NCBI GenBank assembly: GCA_964187785.1
Contig: OZ076409.1
Coordinates: 124,001-188,000 of the forward strand
Direction: 5' to 3'
DNA: 64,000 nt
DNA from: Amphiscolops sp. MND2022
Lineage: Eukaryota
Numbering within the stretch: the stretch's first letter is position 1; every line of letters starts with the position of its first letter. Of the stretch, positions 12,909-26,857 are shown piece after piece. The position numbers and the translations under genes are program-made. Under the pieces are notes generated by a model. The model ran no database searches. It saw only the letters and a list, made by a program, of their open reading frames with translations, and was not told the DNA's origin.

Positions 12909-15900
12909 TGTAACGGCAATCACCGGTGAACGAAATTTTCAACGTGTACCAAAAAGTCGTTCAAACTTGACTTAAGCATCTTAAGCATGTTTTGCCGTAG
13001 TACCTTCCCGCAGAAAGCAGAGTAAAAAGAGACAGAGCCGCGCCGTAGAGAAAAAGCAGCAAAATAACTACTGAAACGTGCCAAACCACGGCGTTCGCCA
13101 AAGAACCTGAAATTGACGTTACTTTTGGTAGCAGAACCGGTATCCTGTATCCATGATGGCTGCTTGAGGTATTCACCCGTGCCCGGAGTTGTGCCCGGCT
13201 CAAGCGCTGACGTGCCGATGATATGGATTTCGATTGAAACTGACTGAATTATCGTAATTTTTTGTACTAAGTGGTGTCTTTCGATTGATATGCTCGAGAG
13301 CTGTTGTTTTTTTTGGATTTTACAATTAACTTGGTTTATCGATTACCATTCTGGAGTAAATTTAGTAATCCCACAACCCGGTTTTCACAAGCTATTCCTG
13401 CGGTGGTAATGAAGCCCAGCATAATACACGCAACCAAAAGCAGTTATAGGACTCAGGCCGGAGAGTGCCCTTTGAGACGGTTCCCTCTCCTCGGGACCGC
13501 CACCCCTAAGGAGGCAAAATGTGCTAATGCTATAGTAATTTGTCCCGAATCTAAATCCATGGTATTGCTTCCTCCACCTCTTTTTCTGGCTAAACGCTCA
13601 GCGCTTATCTTTACATGAGAACACTCTTTTGGCGACCACTGAGTGACCGTCTGGAAACGCTTTCCTGTATGGGTTTCGAACATTTTGACCCTCCGGTACC
13701 CAAAGACAACACAACTTCGACTCTGTAGAGCAAAGGAAAGACAGAGTTTGACTTAATGTTTATTGACAGTGTGTGTTCTTGGGAGTTGGAGCTGAATGAA
13801 TCCTGGAAAACCCTAAAAAGACCGTTATCAGGTGTTTAAATGGCTTTTCCAGAGATTAAACCATTTAATGTATGCTCTGTGTATGTTAACCAATCAGTGG
13901 GTATGTCTTTTCCAGGTAACAGTGATAGTAGCTCGTTGCTACTGCTGTTTAACAGATTGTTGTAGCTTTTTTCAGCTTCTTGAGCTTTGCAAGGGTGTAG
14001 CAGGCGGGTGGAGCATCAAAGTCCATCTGAGCGAGAAAGGGGCGAAAACGAGTGTTGCAGATTGTTTCCTCCTGTTTCTCAAGAAGACGTCCGAGAGGGA
14101 TGATTTTTAGTGGACAGCAAGTGCAGGTGCTGACGCTGCTAATGGTTCAAACCGTTTGTCTCTGGTCTAGATGTGGAGAAGAAGCGTGGTGAAGAAGCAG
14201 CCCCCTTGACCAGAAGCGTCGCTCACATGGGTCATGGCTAGCAAAACTTTTGGAAATTGAACAATTTTTAATAGAAAATCGATGGTGCAGGTCAGCACCA
14301 CTTTTTCACGATGTAACGAGAAAAGCTCTGTGACGTTTACACATCAGAAAGAGCTAAAGTAGTCCAAAAAGCCAAACCTACAAGACTGATGTTGTCCTAC
14401 AACTAATGGCACGGCTAATTGAGGCTTTATGACAGTGCTGTGGCTAATGGCGAACACGTTGGCCCTATTTTAACTGACGTAGCATTCCTAGAAGTGACCT
14501 TCGTAGCCTAATTGTGAAAAAAGTGATCAGAAGGACTGTTATTTCAAGAATAGTGTCTGTACCTCCTCGAAACCCTAGGTAAGCTATCGAGCTTCCATCC
14601 GACCCTCGTAACAGCATAATCGGTGCCCACTGGCAGCGCCCACATAGTTTGGTGACAATTGAAACAGCTGCTGTTGAGAGATTAACGCAAACAGACCGCA
14701 CAAAAAGGTAAGCAAAAAGTCGATTTTTTCAATTTTTTTGGAATTGCCTGATCACTTTAGCCAAAGGGTGGGATCAAATGGCTGTCCATTGTGGTAATCT
14801 GTGCTGGTTGTTTTTTTTACTGAAAAGACGAGATTCCTAGCGTGTAAAGTTATTTGAAAAAAACTGAAATAAGAGTGAAAACCGGGTCCTACTGAAACAG
14901 AAGGGTACCGCACGTCTGTAGAAAGTTGAAATTATGTACAAGCCTCGGAACCCAAATTAGAGCTTGATTCCGTGCACCTGTGCACATGCAGGGTTCTCTG
15001 GTCAATTTGGAGCCAGATGCGACTCTTCTGTGATGAACACGGGCCACTTACGTTTTTTATACCATCTGAGAACTTTAGAAAATCGTCTCCTTTCCGTCTT
15101 AAGGATTGTGTTGCTTCAAACTGAATTCAATTTCGGTAACAACAACCTTACTGAGTTTTTATGACCCTTGGAAGTGATTTTGACAAATTCGAGACGTGCA
15201 TATTGTAGCTTTGGCTTAAGATTCTATCGAGACGACTCAAGGTCAAGAAACCTATTGGCGCCTTTGACAGCACCATCAATTGTTCTAAGATTTTTCAAGC
15301 GTTCCCGTGAGCACGAATTAGTTGTTCAAGGTTCGGTGCTGGGCTGGAAATGGTGTAAATGATACCGAATTGAGCTTATCGGTACTTATAGTGGTGATCA
15401 GCTGGCTAATTGTCATCATCAGCCTTTTTAGAGGTGGCAAAAATGTTATGGGCGGGTGCTGTGTATCGGCTTCGCTACCTGCTGAAGCGTGGTAGAAGTG
15501 TTAGTTCAACTTTGACCGAATCTGTAACACTGGAAACGACTGAAGACGGATTATGTCAGTTGAGCTCCATGCAGCCTGAAAGTTCCGGTAGCAATGGCGA
15601 CCTGATTCTACAGGAATGGCCGTCTGTGAACTCTTTAGTGAGTGGTACACTTTTTTCGGAAGCAATTCCTAATCGAGTAACCACCGAACAACAGGGAAAA
15701 AGGAGCAGGCGGTCAAGTCCCCTGACAGGGGCTGTTGGCCAGTCTCCGAGGAAATGATACGACCGCAGCAATGGATCCAGCAAATGCGGGACAGGAGGCT
15801 GAAGGCTGCTCGCTAGCACCCGACGGGGCTAGCAGTCCAGGCAGCAATGACACTGATGCCATATTGCGAAGCATGACGTACGTGGTTGGTATGAAATATC

Positions 15901-17330
15901 CGAAATACCGCCTAGAGGAAAGGCAGTCGACCGAAGGCATTCGCACAGCACAAGAATGTTCGACCGAAGGCATTCGCACAGCACAAGAATGTTCGACCAA
16001 CCACATTGTAAGTGCGAGATGAAATGGAAGGCGATAGTGCGCCCCCCTGCGTGGGACGGCTCTGTATTTGTAGATTTTTCCCGACGATCTTCGAGTTGTC
16101 GAGTCGTGGAGAAAGCTGCGGCGGCTAGAACCACCATGTTAGCGGTTGATGTCGAAGCAAAACGGGCATTAGAACGACTAGCTGACAAGTGCTGAGTGTG
16201 GCAAGCAGCATAAAGCGATCGCCGCTGGATATGAGGCAGTGCAAAGCGCTGTGAGAGTCTGACATCAGCCTGCGCTCTAGCAGTCAATAGCTAACTGTGC
16301 AATCCGCAAAAGTGGATGCTATGGGTTATCGGCTATGAGAAATGAAAGAAATGTTACTCGTGCGTGAACTGCGCAAGAAAGTGTAGATGACTGAGCTTAA
16401 CTATCAGATGATGCATTGAGTGCAGCAGCGTGAGGAGAGAAGTCTGAACCAGATGTATCCACAGCAGATTTTTCTAAGACTATCACTAAGTCTCAAAAAC
16501 CGCCAAAAGTGATCGGTAGCAATTGTGTGCACCTAGTAGTTCTAGCACGACGCTATTGCCTTCGCAAACCACTTTGCTGTTGCGTACCCAAGATAGAGGA
16601 GTGGAACCTATCACTTTGGATTCGACTACCCTGGACCTACCCGAAACAAAAGCTACTGCTGGGTCCCATGCTAGCAGTGCGGAGGATAGCGCCTTTGCTA
16701 TTGCTCAAGCGAAGGTGGTTGAGGCAAGTTCTTTGTGTCTTACTACAGATGATGCGATACCCCTCTTAGAAGAGATCCACTTGGTCACCTTGAAGGTGAG
16801 GCTCGAAACTACCTTAATATTAGGGCTGAATTATCGCGCGATACACTCGAGAAGGTCTTCGAACTGTTGGCAAGTCAGTTCGGCACTGGAGGTAACCGGA
16901 TGCAAGTGCGGCAAGCCTTCATAACCCGATGCAAGTTGGTAAAAAAGACTGGAAGCTGTATTTGGATGCTCTGGAAGGCCTGCGAATTCAAAGATTTCCT
17001 GATGAGCCTATCACTACCAAAACGTTACGAAATCCTGCAGCGGTTCATTGAAAATCCCGTGATCCCACTCTACGACAAGAACTGGCTATTATTTATGCTT
17101 CCGGAGCCCCTGTGTCTGACCTGCCTACGGTGGAATCTTTGAGATTTACAACCCGTCGGTTGCAACAATATCGCCCAAGACAGTCACAACCCTATGATCC
17201 TCGTTGAGCAATGAGATCAAGACCTCATCCTTTTGCCCCATTGCCACCTGACAAGCTTGTAATCCCGCAAGGGGCGTTGCCACCTTCTCCTGCACCCAAC
17301 AATGCACCAGCGACTTCCTCAACTGCACCA
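12909..17330 (+). mobile_element. Ty3/Gypsy-type LTR retrotransposon remnant, copy B (same family as copy A, opposite orientation, 3'-truncated)
   Basis: LTR 12909-13615 (TGTAA...TTACA) and PBS TGGCGACCAC at 13630. Leader similar to revcomp of ~2400-4800. Peptides match copy A: EKAAAARTTML vs EKAAAAKTAML, ETKATAGSHASS vs ETKATAGSQTSS, ASQFGTGGNRMQVRQAF, RYEILQRF. Confidence 0.85.
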
Positions 17331-17359
17331 CTTTTTGACAAAAAATTGTTTCGCTTCAA

Positions 17360-17700
17360 AAAAAAGTCCTTGAGGATGTCAAAAGACTTCAGGTTATCAT
17401 GCTTAAGCGAAGACCCGGATAGGACCTGTATCGGCGAAGTTACCGAAGAAATCTTGCAGAAGTGGTGTTGGTATTTTTAAACTGTTCAAACTTTTTTGAG
17501 ATTCCTCAGCTACCCTCCACCTAGCGTTAATTGCATTGATCCTGTCACTGAGTTGTGATCCTCATGCTGCTGTTTAAATTAGTGCCACAGTTTCGGAGTT
17601 TTTGATCATAGAAGTTTTGGTGGATTTTCAACTTATTTTCAGAGACGTTCGTCAACTCGGTTCTTTGCTCAAAACACTGATCGCAAGGTCTTTACTGGGT
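17360..17700. repeat. Interspersed repeat, second copy at ~21160-21470 (direct orientation)
   Basis: Shared sequence such as GTGATCCTCATGCTGCTGTTTAAATTAGTGCCACAGTTTCGGAGTTTTTG in both places. Confidence 0.85.
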
Positions 17701-18422
17701 AGGCATTACCCTTTGAGCGTCCTGATAGTGCACGAGTTTTCGGTTGGCGATACTGTTCACTACCTCTGGTGCCGCAAGGTTCTTGTGCATCATTCTGCGT
17801 ATAATGAGGACTGGGCATTCGCCTTACGTTTGCAGATGCAACTTGGCTCCACCCTGCTTCCATGCCTGTTAAGTTCTTGATTTTTTTTCTCTCTGCAATG
17901 TTTCTTGTACAAACTGAGTTTTGGGTACACAGACTTTTGGTAACTTCAAATAATTCGAAATAGTTCTTCTTGATATACAATGCTTTCAGTTCTTTTGTCC
18001 AGCTGGCGAGTTCTTTTTTGTCCGATTGATTTCTGTATAATTTTTTTTCTTACCGTTGTTTAGACGGCGTTTTCTACTTGGGTGAAGATTAGTTCACGTT
18101 TCCAACAGTTGGATTGTCTGTCTGAGTCCATCATTTGGCGTTTCTTCACAAGGAAAGAATTCTATTTTTTTTCAAAAAAGGTGGTAAATAAGAATGAAAT
18201 TGATTGCCCACAAGAGGGTTACGATCTGAGATGAGTCTCTGTGAAAAGAATGGAGCGATAACTTCTGTAAAGACCAAATTAAAGCTTACACTGCGTTTTT
18301 TAAAATCTCTCTCGAATGACAGATAGTCGTCATTAATCTAGAGCCGTTTAGGTCATCAGGTAGGGTGAAAATGACGCACACCCTTGGTCTGCAACTAAAG
18401 AGAAACGAAATAAACGACAGAG

Positions 18423-18642
<220 letters not shown>

Positions 18643-18961
18643 CATGCCAGCACTTCCCCAGTAGATCGACAGAACCAAAACAGCGAGCAAAAAAATCTCA
18701 ATACTCCGTTTAGTGTCGTTTAACGCTGTGTTTATCGTCTTTTTGATTAAAATCGAACAATTGGTATTGGTCACTTTCTCTTGAACGACAACACAACGTT
18801 TATACGAAATTCATAGAGGTATTCCCTTTAGAATTTACTTATTTAGAATGTGTCTCAGAAATTTGTCAATTGAAAGATTGAGCTGACAAAATTTCGATTC
18901 GCGAACGAACTTATAGTATAAACATGACGTTTTGTGAACGGGAATGGCGTAGGGGAATGTT

Positions 18962-19934
18962 CGGGGAAACGGAAATCGGACTAAAGAAATAGAACTAATG
19001 GAATTAGGACTAACATGCTCAAAATTTCTGAAACGTTCATGTGAAATAGAACTAATTTCGTATACTCTCAAACAGGAATTAGAACTAATTTGTCACTGGA
19101 ATTGGAACTAAAAACAGGAATTAGAACTAATTTGTTACAGGAATTGGAACTAAAAAAAAGTGGGAATAAGACCTAAAATGCGGAATGAGACCCAAGGGGA
19201 GAACGGAATAGTATGTAGAGGAATAATATCTAAAGTTTTTCAAGGTATAAAACGTGCCTTTGATATTTCCCCATTTCCTCTAGCGCCCCGCGGCCCCCTG
19301 GGGCCGCTTATGTTCTCGTCTTGCTAAGCGAGGTCGAACAGGAGCAAAGACCTAGCGGGAACGGAGATCGCGAAGCGATCGTAGTGGGAGCTGGTCTTTG
19401 CGACGGTGAGGGCGAGCGTGCATACACCGAATATGCCCCGAATTTAGAAGGGGACAGTACTGAAAATTTTGAGACATTTACGAAAGGTAAAATTTTATTC
19501 GTGAATGAAATGATTTGAGATCTGACACTTTTATAAAATCAATAGAAGGAAGAAAATAATGATTGTTTTAATTTTATGTTGATCAATTGTATTACGTTAT
19601 TTTTGTACTACTTTCAATGAGGTATAAGTCATTTCCTACTTTCATGTTCCACGTTTCCAATTTGAATTTTGTACCATGTTTTTATCCGCTTCTGCGTTTT
19701 TTTGTTGTACCACTTTTATGTTGGATGTTTACAATTGAACATATCGTGATTTTGTCAATTTGATCTACGTAATTGCAATTTTTCCGTGCCAAAAGTTGTT
19801 TTAGTCCTATTTCAATTAGTCCTATTTCCATTAGTTCTAAGGCGGCACTAAAAAAGAATTAGTCCTATTTCCATTAGTCCTATTTCAGTTTTGATCATTA
19901 GTCCTATTTCATTAGTCCGAATTCCTGTCTCCCG
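18962..19934. mobile_element. Foldback/MITE-like element with modular inverted arms (GAAATAGAACTAAT / ATTAGTCCTATTTC repeats) containing a ~195-bp structured core
   Basis: Left arm GGGGAAACGGAAATCGGACTAA... is inverted relative to right arm ...TTAGTCCGAATTCCTGTCTCCC. No TSD identified. Confidence 0.6.
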
Positions 19935-19937
19935 GTG

Positions 19938-21085
19938 GGAATAACGTCTAAGGAATAACGTCTGAAGGAATAACGTCTAAATTTTACTCATTTTTCAGGA
20001 ATAACGTCTTTAGATTTAGACGTTATTCCCGTTTTTTTAGATGTTATTCCCGATTTTGAAATATTGTTTCTTGTGCTGAAAAGTTCTTCCCTTGCTCTAG
20101 TTCTCAGGAATGAACTATGAAATAATCGAAGGCCACGGAATGCGAGCAAAAGTCTATGTGTCTGGTGGGTATTTGTACCTGAATCGAAAAAAATATCAAA
20201 AAACTATGCAAATACGTCCGAAAAAAGGAATAACGTACAAAATCCAGAAAAAACGCCCAAAATATCCGAAAGTCATCGAAATACGACTGAGAAACGAGAA
20301 AAACAAATTAAATTGGAAAAAAAATAAATCGTTCAAGATCTAAAACTAAAAAGTGATATAAAATATAAAACGTGCCTCGGATATGTCCCCATTCCTTCTA
20401 GTGCCCCGCGGCCCCTTGGGGCCGCTTATGTTCCCATCTTGCTAAGCGAGGTCGAACAGGAGCAAAGACCTAGCGGGAACGGAGATCGCGAAGCGATCGT
20501 AGTGGGAGCTGGTCTTTGCGACGGTGAGGGCGAGCGTGCATACACCGTATATGACCCCACATATCTCCTTAGACGTTATTCTAATTCAGTTTAGACCTTA
20601 GTTACGGTGCATGCTTTTTAGATCTTAGTTCTTTAGATCTTAGTTACGAAATTTCTTTAGATCTTATTCCTTAGACCTTAGTTGCGGTCCCCATTCGTAA
20701 TCTACACCCTGGATTCAAGCCTAAACTTTGTATTGTCGACTTCAAAACGGCGTTGTATTCTGCAATTCAGTACAACTTTGAATGCCGTATGCAAGGACGT
20801 TAGTTATTTTCACTATCGCCAAGCACTATGGCGACAATGGTCTGAACTTGGCCTCTGTGGTAAGAATCTTCTGGTTCTGTTATATGTCTTATTACTGCGT
20901 TGTTATTGGTCTTATTGTTTGTCTTCTTAAATCGATGATTTGCTAATTTCTTTTTTGAAATTAATATTTTAAATCTTATTCCATTAGATCTTAGGCGTTA
21001 CATGAATTTCTTAGATCTTATTCCATTAGATCTTATCCCATTTTGGTACTTTAGATCTTAGGCGTTAGATCTTATTCTGTCTTCC
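19938..21085 (+). mobile_element. Mutator-like (MULE) remnant with repeated GGAATAACGTCTAA / TAGATCTTATTCC arms
   Basis: Peptide relics MNYEIIEGHGMRAKVYVSGGYLY (FLYWCH-like start) and FHYRQALWRQWSELGL (MULE transposase C/FHxxQAxWR motif). Contains a second copy of the ~195-bp core. Confidence 0.55.
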
Positions 21086-22394
21086 AATCCGTGAAATGAA
21101 AATTCTACGAGGACAAAGGGAATTTTGTTTCGGTGGAGAGAATTTATCGAGGATTTCTTAAAAAACAGCCCCTGGGGATGTCAAAGTACTTAAGGCTATC
21201 ATGTTTAAGCGAAGCCCTGGATAGGATCGGTATCGGCGAAGTTATTGCAAAAAGTGGTGTTGAGTTAGTATTTTTAAATAGTTTTTCCTCAGCTACTCTC
21301 CACCTGGCGACAATTGCATCGATCCTGCCATTGAGGTGTGATCCTCATGCTGCTGTTTAAATTAGTGCCACAGTTTCGGAGTTTTTGGTCATAGAAGTTT
21401 TGGTGGATTTTCAACTTATTTTCATCAACTCGGTTCTTTGTTCAAAATTTTCATCGCAAGGTCCTCACTGGGCTCCTTAGGTTCCCTTGAGAGTCTTTTC
21501 TGTTTTTTTTTGCGCATGATTCTCTTTGCAGCAAAATGCCAGACAAATATCAGTAATAATAATAATTGTAATAATCGGCTTGTTTCATAAATACGCACCG
21601 ACCAGAAACTAAAACGAGAAACCTGACTCAGTTCCCGAAACGATGGTTGACTCTCATTTCCTTCAAACGTACATCATCATGTGCAACTTTTCCGCATTCC
21701 CTGTTGGAAATCAAGTGTTTTCCATTCGTGTTTGCGCAATCCATTCTTATCTTTTGTGCTAAAAAGGTTGATGCATTTCAGTTGCATTGTCATGCCAAAA
21801 GGACAGCTCAAATCCGGAGGTGAGTCATGCTTTAGTGCTTCTCTCTAACTTGATTTTTAAAAAAATAATCAAATTACAACAATTATCATTATTACTTAAA
21901 ATTTTTACACTGCTCCCATATATATAAAATCCTTTGTATTTTATTATTTCTGCGATAGCAGGAATAATATTGAAACCTCAAGATGTCTACTTTTTTTCAG
22001 TACAATTCTTGGCACGATACTGAATAATTGAGATATTTTGTTCGGCAGTGACTGTAAGCGTGGGAATCGAATTTCTCAAGCTGCCGACGACATTTCAATT
22101 CTAGTGCGATAGAACGAGCGAGTGGTAATTATCCATTCGTATGCTGACGTCATTGAGATGAAGCGAGCGAATGTTCGTAATTGTGCTTTCGTTGCCCCGA
22201 GTTATTGAGATGAAGCGAATGAGTGTTAATTATTCGTTCGCCGAGAGCTTCGTCTACATTCAAATGCGAATGCGAAACTCATGTAAGAAAAACGTGTTCA
22301 ATAGAAAGAATGATTCTTGAAAGGACCAAAAAAATGAACAAAAAATTAAAATTAAATCAAATCTGCAGCGGAAGTTTTTGATCATGTGATAAAA

Positions 22395-22730
22395 TGTCTC
22401 TTCAAGAAAATATATGCTGTTACCGATTTTTCAGCATAACTCAACACAAACTAGGATTTTCTGCACGAGAAATTTTAAAGCTGCTTAAGGAAGCATGATA
22501 TTCCAGCCCTTTCTATCATACAAAATTGGATCACTCAGTTGAAGCAAGGAAAACGCCAAAGTCTAGAAGATGCCCCACGTGTTCAATCGTGTGATGAAAT
22601 TGCGAATGCTTGTCGAGAATTTTTAAATTCTGTTTCCCGCGAAGTGTTGATGCATCAGTTAGACAAACTTTTTGATTATTGTCAGTTGGTGATAGATTGT
22701 AATGGAGATTATGTTGCCGATGTTTACTAA
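22395..22730 (+). pseudogene. Internally deleted mariner-type transposase relic
   Basis: N-terminal HKLGFSAREI and GKRQSLEDAPR (EDxPR motif) joined directly to C-terminal ..CQLVIDCNGDYV (mariner C-terminal pattern). DDD catalytic domain absent. Confidence 0.7.
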
Positions 22731-24151
22731 ACAAATGAAAAAAATGTATTTTCACATAATTCGCTGCAGTTTTTAAGCTTCTTTATTTCTAAGAAAGATA
22801 GTAAAAAGTTTTTAAACGGTAAACATTTTCTAATTAAAATTTTATATTCTAAAAAGGTTTATTTGAAATAATTTTTTGAAATTTACTCTCAATGACGTAA
22901 TAACCAATTAGTTGAATCGGTATATAAAACTATACTTCGTTACATTTGAAAGGGAAATGTATATGATAATCTGTATACTAAAACGTGCTTCATTATAAAT
23001 CATCCAAGAAAAAAAACGGACATCCTGGGGATATCTGTATATTTTATATACATAGTCTGTCTGCTCTGCAAGTTATTTAGGTTACAATGACCAAAAAGAT
23101 GCGGCGCAGTGACACAGCGATGATATTTTGGATAAAGAGCATTTTTCTCGTCATATGTTATAACTTATAACAGAAACCGGTTATTGATATTAAAGTGTGG
23201 TTCATTCAAACTGTGGAACACAAAGTTCCACTCTCATTACAGTTGAACCCTGGCATATTCTTCCTGACAAAACGTAAAATCATGCGAATATGACGTCAAA
23301 TGTTCGGAATCGACGAGTTTTTTATTGCTGTATATGTGATATAGAAATGATACTTTATTGGTAAATGCGAAAAAAAGATACATAACTTCGACAATGGTCA
23401 GAGTCAAACCCTTACTTTTTCTGGCAGTATTCGATACCATTCGATTCGAGTTCAAGTTGAAAACATCGGAAATAATGTCATCAACTTGGTACCATACCAC
23501 ATTTTCCATAGCAAATGGCCCTATATCAGAAAGCGGATCTAATACATTTCAACTTGACAATCAATAGAGTCAAACTTCTGCTAAAGATATGAAAATGTCT
23601 AATCTGTGAAAAACAATCTCAAAAAGCTTTCCAGGCTAAAAAGGTTTTTTCTTATCCGCTTGGTACTTTCATTGGAAAGTGCAGAATATAAGGCTTTTTT
23701 AGAGCACGAAAACTGACATATTTTACAAACTACTACAATGATTGTTAGAGCGTTGGCTTGTGATTTCGGTTCGAATACTGCTGAGGGCAAGAATTGTTCT
23801 GAAATAAATTATTCAATAGTTTTCTTGGAAATAACGTAAACAAAGTGATATAATTCTGATGAAACGTTCTGATTTTTTTCCGGCATCTTTTCCTTTTTTT
23901 TCCAGTCGTAAGGCGGAGGTACTTGAGTTCAGCCAGAGACGAAAGATTCAAAAAATTTGGAAAACAATTCTTTAGTTGTCACAACAAAATTGAGTGACAC
24001 CTTTTTTAGTCAGAAAATGAGCGCAACTGTTACAGTGGCAAGTTTTTTTTCGTAAGATAACAATGTATGCATAGTGGACACTTTTTACAGAACTACTAAA
24101 CTACTGGACCGGCCAAGTTCGGCCACGTGAAGAACTTATTTATGCTTGTTC

Positions 24152-24765
24152 TTTTTAGTCGGCGCTTCATGAAGTGAAACGCGACTATTATAGTGACTCT
24201 TTTTTTTCTATCCACACGAACTGACCAAAATAGTTCTTAAAAGTTCTACAAAATATTATGGTGTCAAATTGCACCATTTGGCCTAGCGAACTGGACCAAA
24301 ATGGTTTTACCTGTTTTTCCGCGTAACATACCATACCGGGAGAGACCAAAGAGTCCCCCCTTTCAATTTTTTTTCGGCACTGCGAGACATTTTTTTCGGA
24401 ATTTTTTTTCGAATTTTTTCTTCTCAAAGGGTCCCCCCTGCATTTTTTTGATGTTTTGCGACAGAATGGATGTTGGAAAATCCCAAAGGGTTCCTCCTTT
24501 CAGTTTTTTTCGGCATTGTGAGATTTTTTTCCGGAAATGAAAAAAAAAGTTTTCTTCAATTTTTTCATGCTTTGCGACAGAATGGATGTTGAAAAACCGG
24601 CGCGCCACTCGGTCCAGTTTTTTTAGTATGTAATTTTTTCAAAAAAAAAATTCGAAAAATTTTCGATTTTCGACTTCTGTAAAAGAATACTTGACACTTG
24701 GAAGTCTTTTTGCTATTTTAGAGCCTTGGATATGGCGCCGACTTGGGCCGGTCCCGGCTTGTTTT
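24152..24765. mobile_element. Helentron-associated/DINE-1-like non-autonomous element; further copies ~30163-30696 and ~59221-59690 (reverse)
   Basis: Subterminal inverted repeats AGTCGGCGC ... GCGCCGACT, a short palindrome CTTCATGAAG next to one subTIR, and T-rich ends with terminal CTTGTT. The terminal motif GGCGCCGACTTGGGCCG..CCCGGCTTGTT recurs at ~25290, 34335, 38010, 50812, 53846(rc), 54275 and 56221(rc). Confidence 0.65.
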
Positions 24766-26487
24766 AACGTATTATACAAAACCAGGTGAGACTCAAGGGT
24801 CCCCTTTCATTTTTTTTGGCTCTGTGAGACTTTTTCGGAAATTTGTTGATGTATCCAATTGGTCTCATTTTCGAATTTTTTGATATTTTGCAACAAATTG
24901 GATGTTAAGAAAAGCTGAAAAGGTCGCGCTTTTTACGTTTTTCGGCGCAATGAGACTGTTTCAAAATAGCGAAAGTATTGCGCTATATCCGAATTTTAAC
25001 GTTATATCCGAAGTAAATTGCATTTTACTAAGGAGGAAGTGGAGTATCGAAATAATTGCGCTTTATCCAAATTTTGACGTTATATCCGAACTATAGTGTG
25101 TTTCACTGAGGAGGAGGCCGATGTTCAAAAAAGCGCTCCCGTGTGACCCAGCACGTAATATCCGAACTTTTGAGGCGTTTTCCGGAAACGAAAAGCACAC
25201 TTTGGGTGTATCAACACTTTTTGTGACCTTTTCATAAAAAGTCTACACTATATTTTTAAAGTTTTGCGTGTTTTGAGATTCAAGTGGGGCGCCGACTGTA
25301 AATGTTCCCGTCTTGTTTTCCCTGAAAAGGGTCCCTCATTAGCAGTAAAATCTCACATAATGTCGTTGTAATTTGATGACATGATACAACTTTCGAGCTA
25401 CAAACGTAGCCAATTTTCGAGGTGAATGATACTAAGCTTTTTGGATGGAAGGTTAAAGGGTTTTCACAAAGCTACACTTTCACAAAGCGGGTCAAGCCGC
25501 CATAGCTGTTAACAACTGAGGTGTGAGTGAAATTGTATCCCACGAGCGAACAAGTCGGGAACGACCCTAATCGGCGCATCGCTCAATGCTCAAAGAAGCA
25601 GTTTTAGAAATATGCTCGAGGACAATCATTGCGCTAAATTATAAGGGATAATCCGAATGTTTGACTTTATACCCGATTTGTCCTAACATATTCGTTATAT
25701 CAGAAAAAAGGAACTACGAAAAGTGTGGTACAGTTGGAGGAAATGAACACCTCGACATCAGCTCACCTCAGACGCCAAAAACGGAAAAAGTCCTTTGAAT
25801 TTTCGTCGTTGTATCCGGACTATCACTATTTAAACGCAGAATTGAATGGGAAAAAGCGTTTTTGACGTTATAACCGGACTTCATCTCTATGTCTACACGA
25901 TATATCTGAAAACGCTATTCCTATATAAAAACTAAAATAGTTGGACCTTCTGTATTTTCCACCGCTGCAATTTCATTTGAAAATAAATCCCACTTCATTA
26001 CCGACACGATCACTTTGTTTTCTCAACTACTCATCTGATGCGATCACCGCCTCTGAAATAACACGCTAAACAAGACGCTAATTTGCAATTTATTACGTGA
26101 CTGAAAGTATTTTGCATCAAAATAGCGGTAAAACTTATAGCAACTTTGTTGCACTTGAAATTAGAGCTTTTTCTAAGTACAATCTGCAAGACTTAGAGGC
26201 TTAAAATTACCGCCAAAACTTTGAGTCTTGTAAGCAGCTTGATAAAATTCGAATACAAGGGAAATAAATGCGCACCCTTGTTGAACTTGCTTGAACTTTT
26301 TGTATGTTCTTTAAAGTTGCCAGTAACTTTTTCAATGATTTTCTAAATCTCTTACGGAAACTTTAATCCGTTATTATTTCCCTGTTGTCATCAACTTTTA
26401 TCAAGCTTCTCGAAAGAATCATCAAAGTTTTGGCGGCAATTTCAAGCCGTGAAGTTCTGCAAGTTTTATTATGCATCGATTCTAATT

Positions 26488-26857
26488 TTAACATCTAGAA
26501 ATTGAACTGACTATAAACTCTCATAAACAGCTGGAATTTATCTTTTCACAGCAGGAGGTGTCGAAAAACTTAGTTTTGACCATATCAAAAGACTTTTGTT
26601 TCCAACTTGTTAACATCTAGAAATTGAACTGACTATAAACTCTCATAAACAGCTGGAATTTATCTTTTCACAGCAGGAGGTGTCAAAAAACTTAGTTTTG
26701 ACCATATCAAAAGACTTTTGTTTCCAACTTGTTAACATCTAGAAATTGAACTGACTATAAACTCTCATAAACAGCTGGAATTTATCTTTTCACAGCAGGA
26801 GGTGTCAAAAAACTTAGTTTTGACCATATCAAAAGACTTTTGTTTCCAACTTGTTAA
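26488..26857. repeat. Near-perfect 122-bp tandem triplication bounded by TTAA
   Basis: TTAA at 26488, 26610, 26732 and 26854. Only about one mismatch seen between units. Confidence 0.95.

Noticed and set aside
23237..23567. Overlapping short ORFs on both strands
   Set aside because: No recognisable homology, AT-rich unlike the real exons, and no supporting splice pattern.
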